A DNA stretch of 63,129 nt, filler included. It is 5 parts of 5 records of this genome, joined end to end, with 100 filler letters (N's around TTAATTAATTAA, not from the genome) between each part and the next. Parts side by side here need not be neighbours in the genome. Positions count along the whole stretch, not along the records: positions 40,684 to 55,408 come from SRR31156797_1718; positions 55,509 to 63,129 come from SRR31156797_1734; 3 more parts are not named here. The stretch is one strand, 5' to 3'. A model generated the notes under the pieces. The model was not told the origin of the DNA, searched no databases, and saw only the letters and a list, made by a program, of their open reading frames with translations. The position numbers and the translations under genes are program-made. Shown one piece after another: positions 50,353 to 60,037 of the stretch. How positions within the stretch are numbered: position 1 is the stretch's first letter; each line of letters opens with the position of its first letter.

Positions 50353-51332
50353 TTTTGTCTTACCTCTTTGTGTAAAAGATATTCTAAATCATATTTTTTT
50401 ATATATTCAATAATTTTTGATAACTTATTGATATTATTATGACAAATTCCATCATTTAAATAAGTATGTGATAATGTGTAGTGTAGCTGAATATTAATAA
50501 TACCTTTCTTTTCCACTATTAAATCAATTAATTTGTAAATATATTTTAAATCCCATAGAATTGATATGTTTTGAGGAATATTAAAAAGGCTACCTACAAT
50601 TTCAGGGTAAATATAACTTACTTTCTTTTCTTCATAATTTAAGCCATTTGATGGACTAGATAAACAAACATAATCAAAACTATAATCTTTTAAAACCTTA
50701 CTAAGATAATAACTACCAGTTAATTGTCCCATTCCCCAAGCAGGTGGCTTAAAACCTTTTATTTCAAAGTATTTAATTAAACTATCTATCCCTTTATCTA
50801 TTTTTTCTTTTGATTCATCCTCAGTTAAAAACTCAAATTCTAATGCACTATAATAATCTTTAATTTTCGTATTTACATGATTATATCCATGCAGTGCAAT
50901 TTCAATTTTTTTTTCATTTTCAAGTTCCATTAATTTTGATATAAAATTATCTTCTTTAGAGAAATTTCTAATATCATAAATATCTTTTTCAATTGTTTTT
51001 GAAGTTAATCCTTCTTTTACAAAATTTGGGTTTGGAACAAAAAATAAAGTATGTTTTAGATAAGGGAACTTATCCATAAATTGGAAAAATAAACTATTCA
51101 ATTCCCCTTTAAAATCACCTCCATAATCAAATGTCATTTCTGAGTTTTTCATCATTGAAGTATCATCATAACTAAGCAATAAAATGGGTTTCTCAAAATA
51201 CTCTAAATCTTTTTCTAAATGAATAGATTGATAGAACTTTTCACCATCAAAAGTCTCTCTTGGTCTAATTTTTAACTTTCTATCATAATAGATTCGTTTT
51301 AATTTTTTATTTATTTTTTCAATTAAATTCAT
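50340..51332 (-). CDS. Polysaccharide deacetylase-like (CE4/DUF2334) protein
   Basis: LSYDD, TLFFVP, EIALHGYNH, GFKPPAW, QLH. Confidence 0.75.
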   Translation of the reverse strand: MNLIEKINKKLKRIYYDRKLKIRPRETFDGEKFYQSIHLEKDLEYFEKPILLLSYDDTSMMKNSEMTFDYGGDFKGELNSLFFQFMDKFPYLKHTLFFVPNPNFVKEGLTSKTIEKDIYDIRNFSKEDNFISKLMELENEKKIEIALHGYNHVNTKIKDYYSALEFEFLTEDESKEKIDKGIDSLIKYFEIKGFKPPAWGMGQLTGSYYLSKVLKDYSFDYVCLSSPSNGLNYEEKKVSYIYPEIVGSLFNIPQNISILWDLKYIYKLIDLIVEKKGIINIQLHYTLSHTYLNDGICHNNINKLSKIIEYIKKYDLEYLLHKEVRQKCKK

Positions 51333-52393
51333 AATAGTTCATCCAAATATTTTTCATGGTCTTTTATAACTTTTACATTTTCACCAATTGGCTTCCATCT
51401 TATCGTATCTGTAAAATTACTATAAAAAGAGATAGTTTTAGTTTCTGTCATTGATGCAAGGTGTCCAGCTAATGATTCAACGCTATATATTAAAGAAGCT
51501 TTTTTATAAAACTCTACTAGTTGTAAAACTGTAAAACTTCCCATTAAATCAATTATATTTTGACTTTTAATATCTCTAATCAGATATTTTTCATCTTGGG
51601 TTCCACAAAATACAATCTTTTTTTCTGTCTTATCAATAATAGATTGCCAAAATAAATAATCTTTCATTCTATTTTTATCTCCACTACCAGGGTGAATAAT
51701 AATAAACTCTTCTAAGTTATTTTCTTTAATAACTTTGGAAACTAACTTTTTATCATACTCATTTATAAAAACCTTTGGGGATGGTAATTCTTTTTTATTA
51801 TCTACTCCAACTTCCTTTAAAATATCAAAAAAATATTCTATTTCATGTTGATTCTTTTTTAAATATACCTCTACATCCAAAAGTGGACTAAACCCTGAAG
51901 ATGCATAACCTATATTAAATTTACTTTTACTAAAATATTGTAAAGTAACTAAATTAGCTCCATAGCTTCTAAAGTTTAATGTTAAATCATAATTAACTTT
52001 TCTAATATCTTTTAAAGTATCTTTATAGGTTCGAATGAAAATAAATATTTTTTTAATAACACTTGTATTTGCTCTATTATGTTTGTAATGATCTACATTA
52101 TAGATAGTTCTAATATATGGGTTATTGTTTAATATTTGATTTGACCACGAACCTAAAACTACATCAATATTGCTATTTGGATATTTTTCTTTTAATGGTT
52201 TCAATATAGATGAAAATAGGACTACATCTCCTAAGTGGTCTGGTTTTATTAGTAAGATATTAGTTAGTTCAACAGGTATATCTCTTTTCTTTTTCAAAAA
52301 TAAATTTAAAATAAAATCTATTATACAAAATAATTTTCTAATAACTACCTTTGTATAAGGATACTCTCTAACTATCACTATTTTTTGCACCAA
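51329..52393 (-). CDS. GT9-family (heptosyltransferase-like) glycosyltransferase
   Basis: ILLIKPDHLGDVV, LKEKYPNSNIDV, IIHPGSG, DLMG, ESLAGHLA, RWKP. Confidence 0.88.
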   Translation of the reverse strand: MVQKIVIVREYPYTKVVIRKLFCIIDFILNLFLKKKRDIPVELTNILLIKPDHLGDVVLFSSILKPLKEKYPNSNIDVVLGSWSNQILNNNPYIRTIYNVDHYKHNRANTSVIKKIFIFIRTYKDTLKDIRKVNYDLTLNFRSYGANLVTLQYFSKSKFNIGYASSGFSPLLDVEVYLKKNQHEIEYFFDILKEVGVDNKKELPSPKVFINEYDKKLVSKVIKENNLEEFIIIHPGSGDKNRMKDYLFWQSIIDKTEKKIVFCGTQDEKYLIRDIKSQNIIDLMGSFTVLQLVEFYKKASLIYSVESLAGHLASMTETKTISFYSNFTDTIRWKPIGENVKVIKDHEKYLDELL

Positions 52394-53484
52394 TATCGAT
52401 TTTCTAATGCCCCACTATTAAATGGAAAATTATAAATTCTATTTTTTAAATACTTATAGAAAAATTGACCATATGTAATAAAATATTCTACTTTTAAAAT
52501 TAAATATTTCAAATATGTTAACATAGTAAAGTTATTTTTAATTTTATTTTTATCAAGAGACCAAACCAATCCAAAGATTATCCATGCAGAAAAAAACTTA
52601 TCTTCCAAAGCTATATCATCTTGACTATGAAAAACCCCATTTTTATTATGTTTAGACAAAATAGTTAAAATTTTTTGATTTAACTCTAAATCGTCAACAG
52701 AAGCTAAACTAAATGAATACACCCACATTGCACCTCTTTTATCATGGTTATTTGCTTTTTTCCAATCGACATAACCATCTTTTTTAAAATATGATACTAA
52801 AGCTTTATTTGCTTGAGTTATTGATTTATGTATTATTTCATCATCATAATAAGCCAATAGATATCTTAATTGTGCTGTAACCATAGCTTGATACAATATT
52901 GGTATAGATTTACTTTCAAAATGATAGGGAAACTCCCCCTTAGTAGACTGATATGATAAAACTTTTCTTATCACTCTTCTTGTAAGTTCATCGTAAAGTC
53001 TTCTTCTTGTAGAGTGAGTAGGTAATATCTCAGCTATTTCTTTAATTGCCATTGCAGCTAAAAGATTTGTATTTAGTACATCGCTTTTATTCTCTTTTGC
53101 TTTTCTTATATAACCATTATTTTCTTGAAAATATATGCTATCAGCGGACTTTACTAATATATTCAAAACTTCTTTATCTTGGAAAATCTTATAATATTCT
53201 ACTAAACTAAGTAGTACATAAGAAGTAGTAACAAGTCCACTATAACCTATATTTTCATCATCAAAACCATAAGCATATTCATCCCACATAAAATCAGAGT
53301 TAATACCCTCTAGTAAAATATTTTTTACATCATGTAATACATTGTCCCTTATATTCAATCTACATTTTGTATATAAATAAGAAGCTGGTATTTCATATCG
53401 TTTTTTATCATCTCTTGTTTGAGCAATTTCTATATTTTCTATATTTATTCTATTTATAAAATCACTTATTAATTTATTTATCAT
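52378..53484 (-). CDS. Hypothetical protein, probable (alpha/alpha)-toroid
   Basis: Helical; LNTNLLAAMA, QSTKGEFPY, DGYVDW; inside the glycan operon; fold is inference. Confidence 0.65.
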   Translation of the reverse strand: MINKLISDFINRINIENIEIAQTRDDKKRYEIPASYLYTKCRLNIRDNVLHDVKNILLEGINSDFMWDEYAYGFDDENIGYSGLVTTSYVLLSLVEYYKIFQDKEVLNILVKSADSIYFQENNGYIRKAKENKSDVLNTNLLAAMAIKEIAEILPTHSTRRRLYDELTRRVIRKVLSYQSTKGEFPYHFESKSIPILYQAMVTAQLRYLLAYYDDEIIHKSITQANKALVSYFKKDGYVDWKKANNHDKRGAMWVYSFSLASVDDLELNQKILTILSKHNKNGVFHSQDDIALEDKFFSAWIIFGLVWSLDKNKIKNNFTMLTYLKYLILKVEYFITYGQFFYKYLKNRIYNFPFNSGALENRYWCKK

Positions 53485-54392
53485 TTTTCTAACTCTCTTA
53501 TTAATATGTCACAACCTCTAGGTGTTAAATGATGTGTATCCATAAAATATTTAGAGATTCTATTACTTATATTTTGATTTATCAAGAAATTATTAATATT
53601 AGTCTTTAATGCAAATTTTATATCATTATCAAATTTATCTATGTAATCTTTATCTATAATTGAAAAATATTTTTTCATTCTATAATTGCTAATTGGTGTA
53701 ACAAATGCCTTTATTGTTAAGTCACTATTATCTTCTTTTATTTTAAATAAATACTCTTTCAACTTATTATTATATATATAATTTTTAAGTAATTCTCTAT
53801 TATTTAACTTATGACTTAGTGATTTTTCATGTTTATATAAAACTATATTTTCATTATTATACACTCTAAAAGAATTATAATCTTTTTTTATTGTTAAAAA
53901 AATATCTTTTAAACTATATTTTAAAGTATCTATTGAAAGATTTCTTTTTATTAAAAATATTATATTCTCATATTTATTATAATTAACTAATGGTTTATCC
54001 AAATAATTTACATTCGTAGTTTGAAAGTCTAATCCAATAATAATATTTTTTAGATTAGGCATATGCTTTCTTGCGTAATTAATCATATCATTATATTCTG
54101 ATGGTAAGCAATCACTAACAGCAAAATTAAAAACTTTATACTTTTTAAAATGTAATTGATTAAAGTAAGTTACACGACTACTACCTATAAGTAAAGTATC
54201 ATACAACTCCATATCATTATATTTAATTGATAATGCTTTTTGTTCTCTCTCATTATAGCTATACTTTACAATTTTATTATCAAAGTATTGATTATAGGTT
54301 AAATAAGGATTAATATATATATTTATTATAAATAATAGTAATATAGCTATTGTAAAAAGTAATAATAGATTTTTAATGTAATTGTAAAACAT
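53481..54392 (-). CDS. Membrane-anchored SGNH/DltD/AlgJ-like partner of the MBOAT
   Basis: N-terminal TM, INPY, LIGSSR, FNFAV, IIGLDF, C-terminal FMDTHH. Confidence 0.72.
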   Translation of the reverse strand: MFYNYIKNLLLLFTIAILLLFIINIYINPYLTYNQYFDNKIVKYSYNEREQKALSIKYNDMELYDTLLIGSSRVTYFNQLHFKKYKVFNFAVSDCLPSEYNDMINYARKHMPNLKNIIIGLDFQTTNVNYLDKPLVNYNKYENIIFLIKRNLSIDTLKYSLKDIFLTIKKDYNSFRVYNNENIVLYKHEKSLSHKLNNRELLKNYIYNNKLKEYLFKIKEDNSDLTIKAFVTPISNYRMKKYFSIIDKDYIDKFDNDIKFALKTNINNFLINQNISNRISKYFMDTHHLTPRGCDILIRELEK

Positions 54393-54399
54393 TTTTATC

Positions 54400-55408
54400 C
54401 TAAAAATTAAAATATAAGAATTCAGAGATTCTATCTAAATATAAAAAAGAAATAAGAAATAGTAATAAATTAAAAATCATATATAATTTAGTTGGTTTAA
54501 AATCAATCAATAATTGATGACTATTTTTCATAAATATTACAATTAAAGCTATCAGTAATGATAACATAGCAAACCTACCTGCTCCAAGTGAAGATAAAAC
54601 ACTACTATTAAATAGAAATAATTGATTAATTTGAAACATTCCCTCCAATACCTTAATAGCATCATTCCATTCTTTAGCTCTAAAAAATATCCATGCTATA
54701 TTTACAAAGTTAAATGTTATTAACCATGCTATTATTTTAGGAAGTTTTAATCCTACACTTTGCCACAGTCTATGTATTGCCAATGCTAGTCCATGTAAAA
54801 ATCCCCAGAATATAAAAGTCCATCCTGCTCCATGCCACAGTCCACCTATTATAAATGTAGCAAGTAAATTTACATATGTTCTAAAGTTCCCTAATCTGTT
54901 TCCTCCTAATGGTATATATACATATTCTCTTAAAAATCTTGATAGTGTTATATGCCATCTTCTCCAGAAATCTTGTATATCTAATGCTTTGTATGGACTA
55001 TTAAAATTTATTGGCAATTTTATATTAAATAAAAGTGCTATTCCTATTGCCATATCTGTATATCCACTAAAGTCAAAATATAGTTGGAAAGTATAAGATA
55101 GTGAAGTTGCCCATGCTTCAAACAAGTTTAATGTTGGTGCTATATCAAATCCATTTGTTGCCCACACTGCAAAAGTATCTGCTATTACTACTTTTTTAAA
55201 TAGTCCTATTGAAAATATAAACAATCCTAATGCTATATTTTTATAATTCTTTACTAGATTCCATTTACTTGCAAATTGTGGCATCATCTCTTTATGATGT
55301 ACTATTGGCCCTGCTATCAATTGGGGGAAAAATGTAACAAATAGTGCATAATTTAAGAAATCATATTCTTTTGTTTCATTTCTATAACTATCTACTAGAT
55401 ATGCTATT
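54400..55408 (-). CDS. MBOAT O-acyltransferase (AlgI/DltB-like), 5' truncated
   Basis: IAYLVD, FFPQLIAGPIVHH, GLFKK, QLYFDFSGYTD, FWRRWHITLS, GLWHGA, EFLYFNF. Confidence 0.93.
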
Positions 55409-55508
55409 NNNNNNNNNNNNNNNNNNNNNNNNNNNNNNNNNNNNNNNNNNNNTTAATTAATTAANNNNNNNNNNNNNNNNNNNNNNNNNNNNNNNNNNNN
55501 NNNNNNNN
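55409..55508. other. Artificial contig linker
   Basis: N44-TTAATTAATTAA-N44. Confidence 0.99.
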
Positions 55509-55536
55509 ACAGGTTCAAGTCCTGTTGCGACCACCA
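55509..55536 (+). tRNA. 3' end of a tRNA gene (T-arm, acceptor strand, CCA); possibly tRNA-Val, anticodon not visible
   Basis: ACAGG-TTCAAGT-CCTGT T-arm, TGCGACC, discriminator A, CCA. Confidence 0.85.
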
Positions 55537-55576
55537 TAGTTTTTTTATATTTTGAATAAAATATTTGATTATAGAT

Positions 55577-55603
55577 GCATTCTCGCTTAGAGGATGTTTT
55601 TTT
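55577..55603 (+). terminator. Intrinsic terminator after the tRNA
   Basis: GCATTCTC-GCTTA-GAGGATGT followed by a T-run. Confidence 0.65.
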
Positions 55604-55613
55604 ATTTAATTAA

Positions 55614-55643
55614 AATAGCCGAAGCTAAATAACTTCGGCTATT
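55614..55643 (-). terminator. Intrinsic terminator of the esterase gene
   Basis: AATAGCCGAAG-N8-CTTCGGCTATT. Confidence 0.7.
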
Positions 55644-55665
55644 ATTAATATAAAATTTAATAGTT

Positions 55666-56670
55666 TTATTTATGTAAATGCTCTGAATGAAATTTAAGTA
55701 TATTTCCTAATTCTTTTTCAACGTATTCCCAACGATGAATTTCATTTCTGATTAATTTAGCTTCATAGTTTAAATCATATTTATCTAATCTGTAAACTAA
55801 ATCTCTCCATTGCTGAAACATTGTATAAGCTGTATTATCCATTTCTCCAACACTAAGATAAAATGAAATTTTTTTTAATTCATCATAATTCTCTTTAAGA
55901 TTTTGATTTAGAAGATTATATACATTTTCTCTATCAACATATTTTAGTTTTCTACCAAATACTGTTCTAATATGAGAAGCGTTATCATTGACTCTTTTAA
56001 TATGTAAATTTCTTAAAATTCCAAATCGTTTAATAAATGGTAAAAATAGTCGAGGAAAATTGATTGCTCCTGCAAAACTTCCTACAGTTTTAAAAAGGCC
56101 CGGTTTCTTAAGAGCAAGTTTAAATGCACCATAACCTCCCATAGAGAAGCCTGCAATACCTCTCATCTGTTTATTAGTGTTAAATCTATTATCAACATCA
56201 TTTATTAAGTCATTTAGGAAATAATCTTCATATCTTTTGTTTTCTTTTTTATTCCAGTTAGTATACCAGCTTTTTCCCTCAGCACCAGATTCAGGAAGAA
56301 TAAGTATCATGTCCTTAATTTCATTATTTTTAAGTAGTTCCTCATAAATTTCCAGTATTTTAGCTTCATCAACCCAAGATAACGCTGAATCTCTTAAACC
56401 ATGAAGAAAATAAACAGTTGCATAAGTTTTATTAGAACTGTAATTTGGAGGTAAAACAGCGTAATACTCCATTATTTCATCAACAAATTTTGATTTGATC
56501 GAAAATTTCTGTGGACTTAACTGGCTGATTCTTTCTTTAAATTCATAATTATCATAATTTAGGACTTGAACATGTTTAAACTCTAATATATTTACTCTTT
56601 TTCTTCTTTTGTAAAAATAAATTCGTAAAATGATTATTGTAGAAATTACAAAAATAATATTTAAGATCAT
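55666..56670 (-). CDS. Membrane-anchored alpha/beta-hydrolase esterase (CE1/tributyrin esterase-like)
   Basis: N-terminal TM, VLPPNY, YFLHG, nucleophile GFSMGGYGA, HRWEY; SD AGGAGG. Confidence 0.88.
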   Translation of the reverse strand: MILNIIFVISTIIILRIYFYKRRKRVNILEFKHVQVLNYDNYEFKERISQLSPQKFSIKSKFVDEIMEYYAVLPPNYSSNKTYATVYFLHGLRDSALSWVDEAKILEIYEELLKNNEIKDMILILPESGAEGKSWYTNWNKKENKRYEDYFLNDLINDVDNRFNTNKQMRGIAGFSMGGYGAFKLALKKPGLFKTVGSFAGAINFPRLFLPFIKRFGILRNLHIKRVNDNASHIRTVFGRKLKYVDRENVYNLLNQNLKENYDELKKISFYLSVGEMDNTAYTMFQQWRDLVYRLDKYDLNYEAKLIRNEIHRWEYVEKELGNILKFHSEHLHK

Positions 56671-56820
56671 AGATATGCCTCCTTTTTCTTAGTAAGTATA
56701 GCACATTTTAAAGAAAAACTTTACCTTAAAAAGAAAAAATGGTAATATGAATAATAAAAAATTATTGAAAAATGCCGAAAATTAATATATAAATATATTT
56801 TTTGGCAAGGAGTGATTTAA

Positions 56821-57057
56821 GTGAAAAAGTTATTAATATTACTTATATTAATATTAGCTTTTACTGGTTGTAAGAGAACACGTTATGTTTCTATTTCAAG
56901 ACCGCAAATTAGTACGTCTACTTCCAATCATTATTTCGTAGCGGATGGAACAAAACAATATCAGGGGAATGAGTCAGTCAAGGATATTAATGATCAAGAA
57001 TCAAATCATGATATATTGATAGTTGAGGATGACGGATCGTATCATTATATAAAATAA
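56821..57057 (+). CDS. Small hypothetical lipoprotein
   Basis: MKK + hydrophobic core + lipobox FTGC; SD AGGAG. Confidence 0.72.
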   Translation: MKKLLILLILILAFTGCKRTRYVSISRPQISTSTSNHYFVADGTKQYQGNESVKDINDQESNHDILIVEDDGSYHYIK

Positions 57058-57082
57058 GAGGAAAATGAGGGGAGATTAATAA

Positions 57083-57436
57083 ATGACGAAAATTATTAAC
57101 AAAAAAACGGGACAGATTCTTGAAGTAACAAATAACGAATTATCGTTATTACTTAAGTACGGTTATCTTAAAGAGGAAAATGGACAGTTTTATTTTGATG
57201 ATGCTAAGAAAAATAAGATTATTTTAATGATAAAAGCCGACAGAACTGATAAAGTTAATCAAGTTTATGCTTTAAGAGAAGTAGCCGAAGAACTTCATGA
57301 TTTTTATGCAAAGGATTACTTTGAGTCAGATACAATTAAGGTTAATCATACATTTTTGAAAATTAGAAAATTGAAAAATCTATATAACACATTAGTAGCT
57401 GAAGGTTTTGAAAAGGAAAAAAACGGAAATCAATAA
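57083..57436 (+). CDS. Hypothetical protein (117 aa)
   Basis: SD GAGGGGAG, clean ORF; no family recognised. Confidence 0.7.
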   Translation: MTKIINKKTGQILEVTNNELSLLLKYGYLKEENGQFYFDDAKKNKIILMIKADRTDKVNQVYALREVAEELHDFYAKDYFESDTIKVNHTFLKIRKLKNLYNTLVAEGFEKEKNGNQ

Positions 57437-57455
57437 AAAAGTGTTGATTTAATAG

Positions 57456-57484
57456 TAGACACAGCCCCTTGAAAGATGTATAAT
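57456..57484 (+). promoter_or_regulatory. Sigma70-type promoter of the XRE-TPR gene
   Basis: TAGACA-N17-TATAAT about 50 nt upstream of the start. Confidence 0.6.
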
Positions 57485-57536
57485 ATACTTGGAATATTTT
57501 AGCATTTGAAAAAATTAAAAAGGGGGGTTGGTCCAG

Positions 57537-58838
57537 ATGGAGAACTCTTTATTGTCACCAGGTGAAAAACTAAGAAAATTAAGAAAAAAATACGGTTTTA
57601 AACAATATGAATTAACTGGTGGCGAGGTTAGTCGTAATTTTATAAGTATGGTAGAAAATGGTAAAGCTAACCTAACTATGAGAACAGCTGAGGTAATTGC
57701 TAGAAAAGCTAATAATATTTTGAAAAATAGAAATATGAACGATATCATTACTGCTTATGAGTTACTTGAAAGTGTGGAATCACAAATTGATAAAATGGCA
57801 GAAGATTATTTAGAACTGTTGGAACGTGATGATATCAAAGAAACTGATATTCAAGAAGTAATTAAATTTACTTTTAAGCAAGAATTGACAGATAGTGTCT
57901 TTTTTCTTAATGTAAAGATAGGCGATTTTTACTTTAAAAGAAGACAATTCTCAGCGGCAATTCTTTTTTATATGTCTTTTTTCTATTACACACCTCAAAA
58001 TATTACTGGAAAAAGGGCTTTAGAATCGACTCTTATAAAAGCACTTAAACTATTTTATTTATCAGGAGATTTTCCAAAGATAATTGCAGCTTATAACGCA
58101 CTTATAAAAAATGAAAAGATCTTATCAATAAGTTCTAGGCGTTTTATGAGTCAAATTCTTATAAAAACTTTTTCAAATATTGGTGATTACAAAAAAGCCT
58201 TAGAGTTTATAGATATTAAACTTGCAAACGAAGTCCTTTTGGAGGATAATTCGTTTAAGCTGGGGCTTATTGTGAAAAAAGGTTTTTGCCAGTATAAATT
58301 AAAGAATTATAGTTATGCTTTAGAGAGCTTTGAATCTGTAGATAGAATTAGAAGTTTTAGAGAGATTGAGAGACAGTATAAAGTAATAGCTGATATAGGA
58401 ATAGCATTAATTTACTTAGAGATTAATGAAAAAGAAAAACTGAATATAATACTTTCTCAAATTGAGGTTGAGCTTGATAAAGTGGAGATTGATAAGAAAA
58501 ATTATTATTATATTTATATGAATCTGGCAAATATCTATTCCAGATTACGAGAAAATGATAAATTTGAAAAATATATTAGTTTTTATTTTAATTCTATTAA
58601 TTTAAATGATTTTGATGAACAATTATTTAATTTACACGAAGTGATCAAAGATTTCTTTGAATATTACAAAGTAAGTCTTGATGAAAATATATTTAAAGAT
58701 ATAAAAAAATTATTTATAAATAATGCAAGTGAAATACCGCTAGTTCAGCATAATGAAATTATTCTGGAATTGATTAAGTTTTGCTTTGAAAATAATCTAT
58801 TAGATGAAGCAGAAGAATTAATAAGGTATAAGAGATAA
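57537..58838 (+). CDS. XRE helix-turn-helix + TPR-like regulator (RRNPP-like architecture)
   Basis: GEKLRKLRKKYGFKQYELTGGEVSRNFISMVENGKANLT followed by about 350 aa of helical repeats; likely start MENSLL at 57537. Confidence 0.85.
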   Translation: MENSLLSPGEKLRKLRKKYGFKQYELTGGEVSRNFISMVENGKANLTMRTAEVIARKANNILKNRNMNDIITAYELLESVESQIDKMAEDYLELLERDDIKETDIQEVIKFTFKQELTDSVFFLNVKIGDFYFKRRQFSAAILFYMSFFYYTPQNITGKRALESTLIKALKLFYLSGDFPKIIAAYNALIKNEKILSISSRRFMSQILIKTFSNIGDYKKALEFIDIKLANEVLLEDNSFKLGLIVKKGFCQYKLKNYSYALESFESVDRIRSFREIERQYKVIADIGIALIYLEINEKEKLNIILSQIEVELDKVEIDKKNYYYIYMNLANIYSRLRENDKFEKYISFYFNSINLNDFDEQLFNLHEVIKDFFEYYKVSLDENIFKDIKKLFINNASEIPLVQHNEIILELIKFCFENNLLDEAEELIRYKR

Positions 58839-58858
58839 AAAGATTGAAATAGAGAGCT

Positions 58859-58887
58859 AAAAAAGGAAGGCGGGGACCTTCCTTTTT
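58859..58887. terminator. Bidirectional intrinsic terminator
   Basis: AAAAAAGGAAGG-CGGGGA-CCTTCCTTTTT. Confidence 0.85.
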
Positions 58888-58955
58888 CATTACAAAACTA
58901 AAGGGGATGGTTTTGTTGAAAACATGAACATATGAGAGAATAACCTATCCTCTAC
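58859..58955 (-). ncRNA. Candidate ~97-nt sRNA with C-rich loops
   Basis: Minus-strand TTGTTT-N18-TATAAT promoter (58991-58962), three hairpins, loops CAUCCCCUUUA and UCCCCG, ends in a GC stem plus U6. Confidence 0.55.
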
Positions 58956-58981
58956 ATATTAATTATATTAGAAAACTCATC

Positions 58982-59026
58982 AAAAAAACAACTTTGTTTA
59001 AGCGATAGCTCATAACAAAGTTGTTT
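58982..59026 (-). terminator. Intrinsic terminator of the GntR gene
   Basis: AAACAACTTTGTT...AACAAAGTTGTTT 13-bp arms, followed by a T-run on the minus strand. Confidence 0.7.
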
Positions 59027-59030
59027 AAAA

Positions 59031-59678
59031 TTAAAGTTCTTTATCAAGTAATACATTTAAATAGTATTTATGAGAATCCTCAATATGCTTAGACAATACT
59101 TCTTGAGCTTTACTAAGTTCTCCATTTAAAATCAAGTCAATCATTATTACATGTTCCTTATTTGAATCAACAATTCTTTGATGTGGAACTTTTTGAACCC
59201 CTAGACGTCTAATTCGTCTGTTGTGTTCATAGATGTTTTTCATCATTTTTAGAACTAATTCATTATTTACAGAACTATGTATGTATCCATGGAAATCGGC
59301 ATCATATTTCAAAAATTCCTCTTCACTCATATCTTCATGTTCATGGAATTTATCTCTAAATAAAGAAAGTTTCATGTTAGAAAGATTTCTATAGGCCATT
59401 TTTAAAATTAAAGGATCAAAGTTTTTTCTAACCTCAAATATTTCGTCAATGTGTTTTTCGTCAACATCAGTAACAAAAATACCTTTTCTAGGATAACTAA
59501 CAATCCAATCTTCCTGCTCTAAGATATTAAGAGCTTCTCTAATTGGAGTTCTACTGATTCCAAGAAGATCACTCAATACTTTTTCTTCTAGATACTCTCC
59601 AGGCTCAAATTCCAGCTTGATGATTTTATTTTTGATAATTTCATAAGCTTTCTCCTTAAGATTTTTATACTGCTTCAT
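59031..59678 (-). CDS. GntR-family regulator with FCD domain
   Basis: AYEIIKNKII..EFEPGE, LGISRTPIREAL, PRKGIFV, DADFH, EHVIMI, KHI. Confidence 0.93.
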   Translation of the reverse strand: MKQYKNLKEKAYEIIKNKIIKLEFEPGEYLEEKVLSDLLGISRTPIREALNILEQEDWIVSYPRKGIFVTDVDEKHIDEIFEVRKNFDPLILKMAYRNLSNMKLSLFRDKFHEHEDMSEEEFLKYDADFHGYIHSSVNNELVLKMMKNIYEHNRRIRRLGVQKVPHQRIVDSNKEHVIMIDLILNGELSKAQEVLSKHIEDSHKYYLNVLLDKEL

Positions 59679-60037
59679 TTTTTAGACAGATCCTCCTCAC
59701 GGCACGTTATTAATATATAAACAGACATATCGTTAAAATAATTATTAACACATTAATCAAAAGTATGTATTAATAATTGAATGTGAAAAATTTAAAATAA
59801 TGCTAATAATATCCCATATAATACACCATTTATCAAAATTTTTCAAAGGTTAATTTAATTTTTTTAGGAATTTATTTCTCAAATTAATTATAATAGAAAT
59901 TTAGAAAGACTAATCAATAAATTTACTACTTTTGTTCAAAAAAATAAACAATATATATTTTTTAAAAATATTAAAATATGTTATAATTATAATAGATGTA
60001 TTAATAATTATCATTTTAAAATTATCAGGAGAAAATA

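Noticed and set aside
55509-57436. tRNA 3' end as an attachment site of a genomic island
   Set aside because: The tRNA is simply cut by the contig edge; no integrase or second att copy is present
58890-58945. Peptide-pheromone ORF after the XRE-TPR gene (AAGGGG looks like an SD)
   Set aside because: Downstream starts give only 3-6 codons and lie beyond the terminator; the G-run is better explained as the complement of the sRNA C-rich loop
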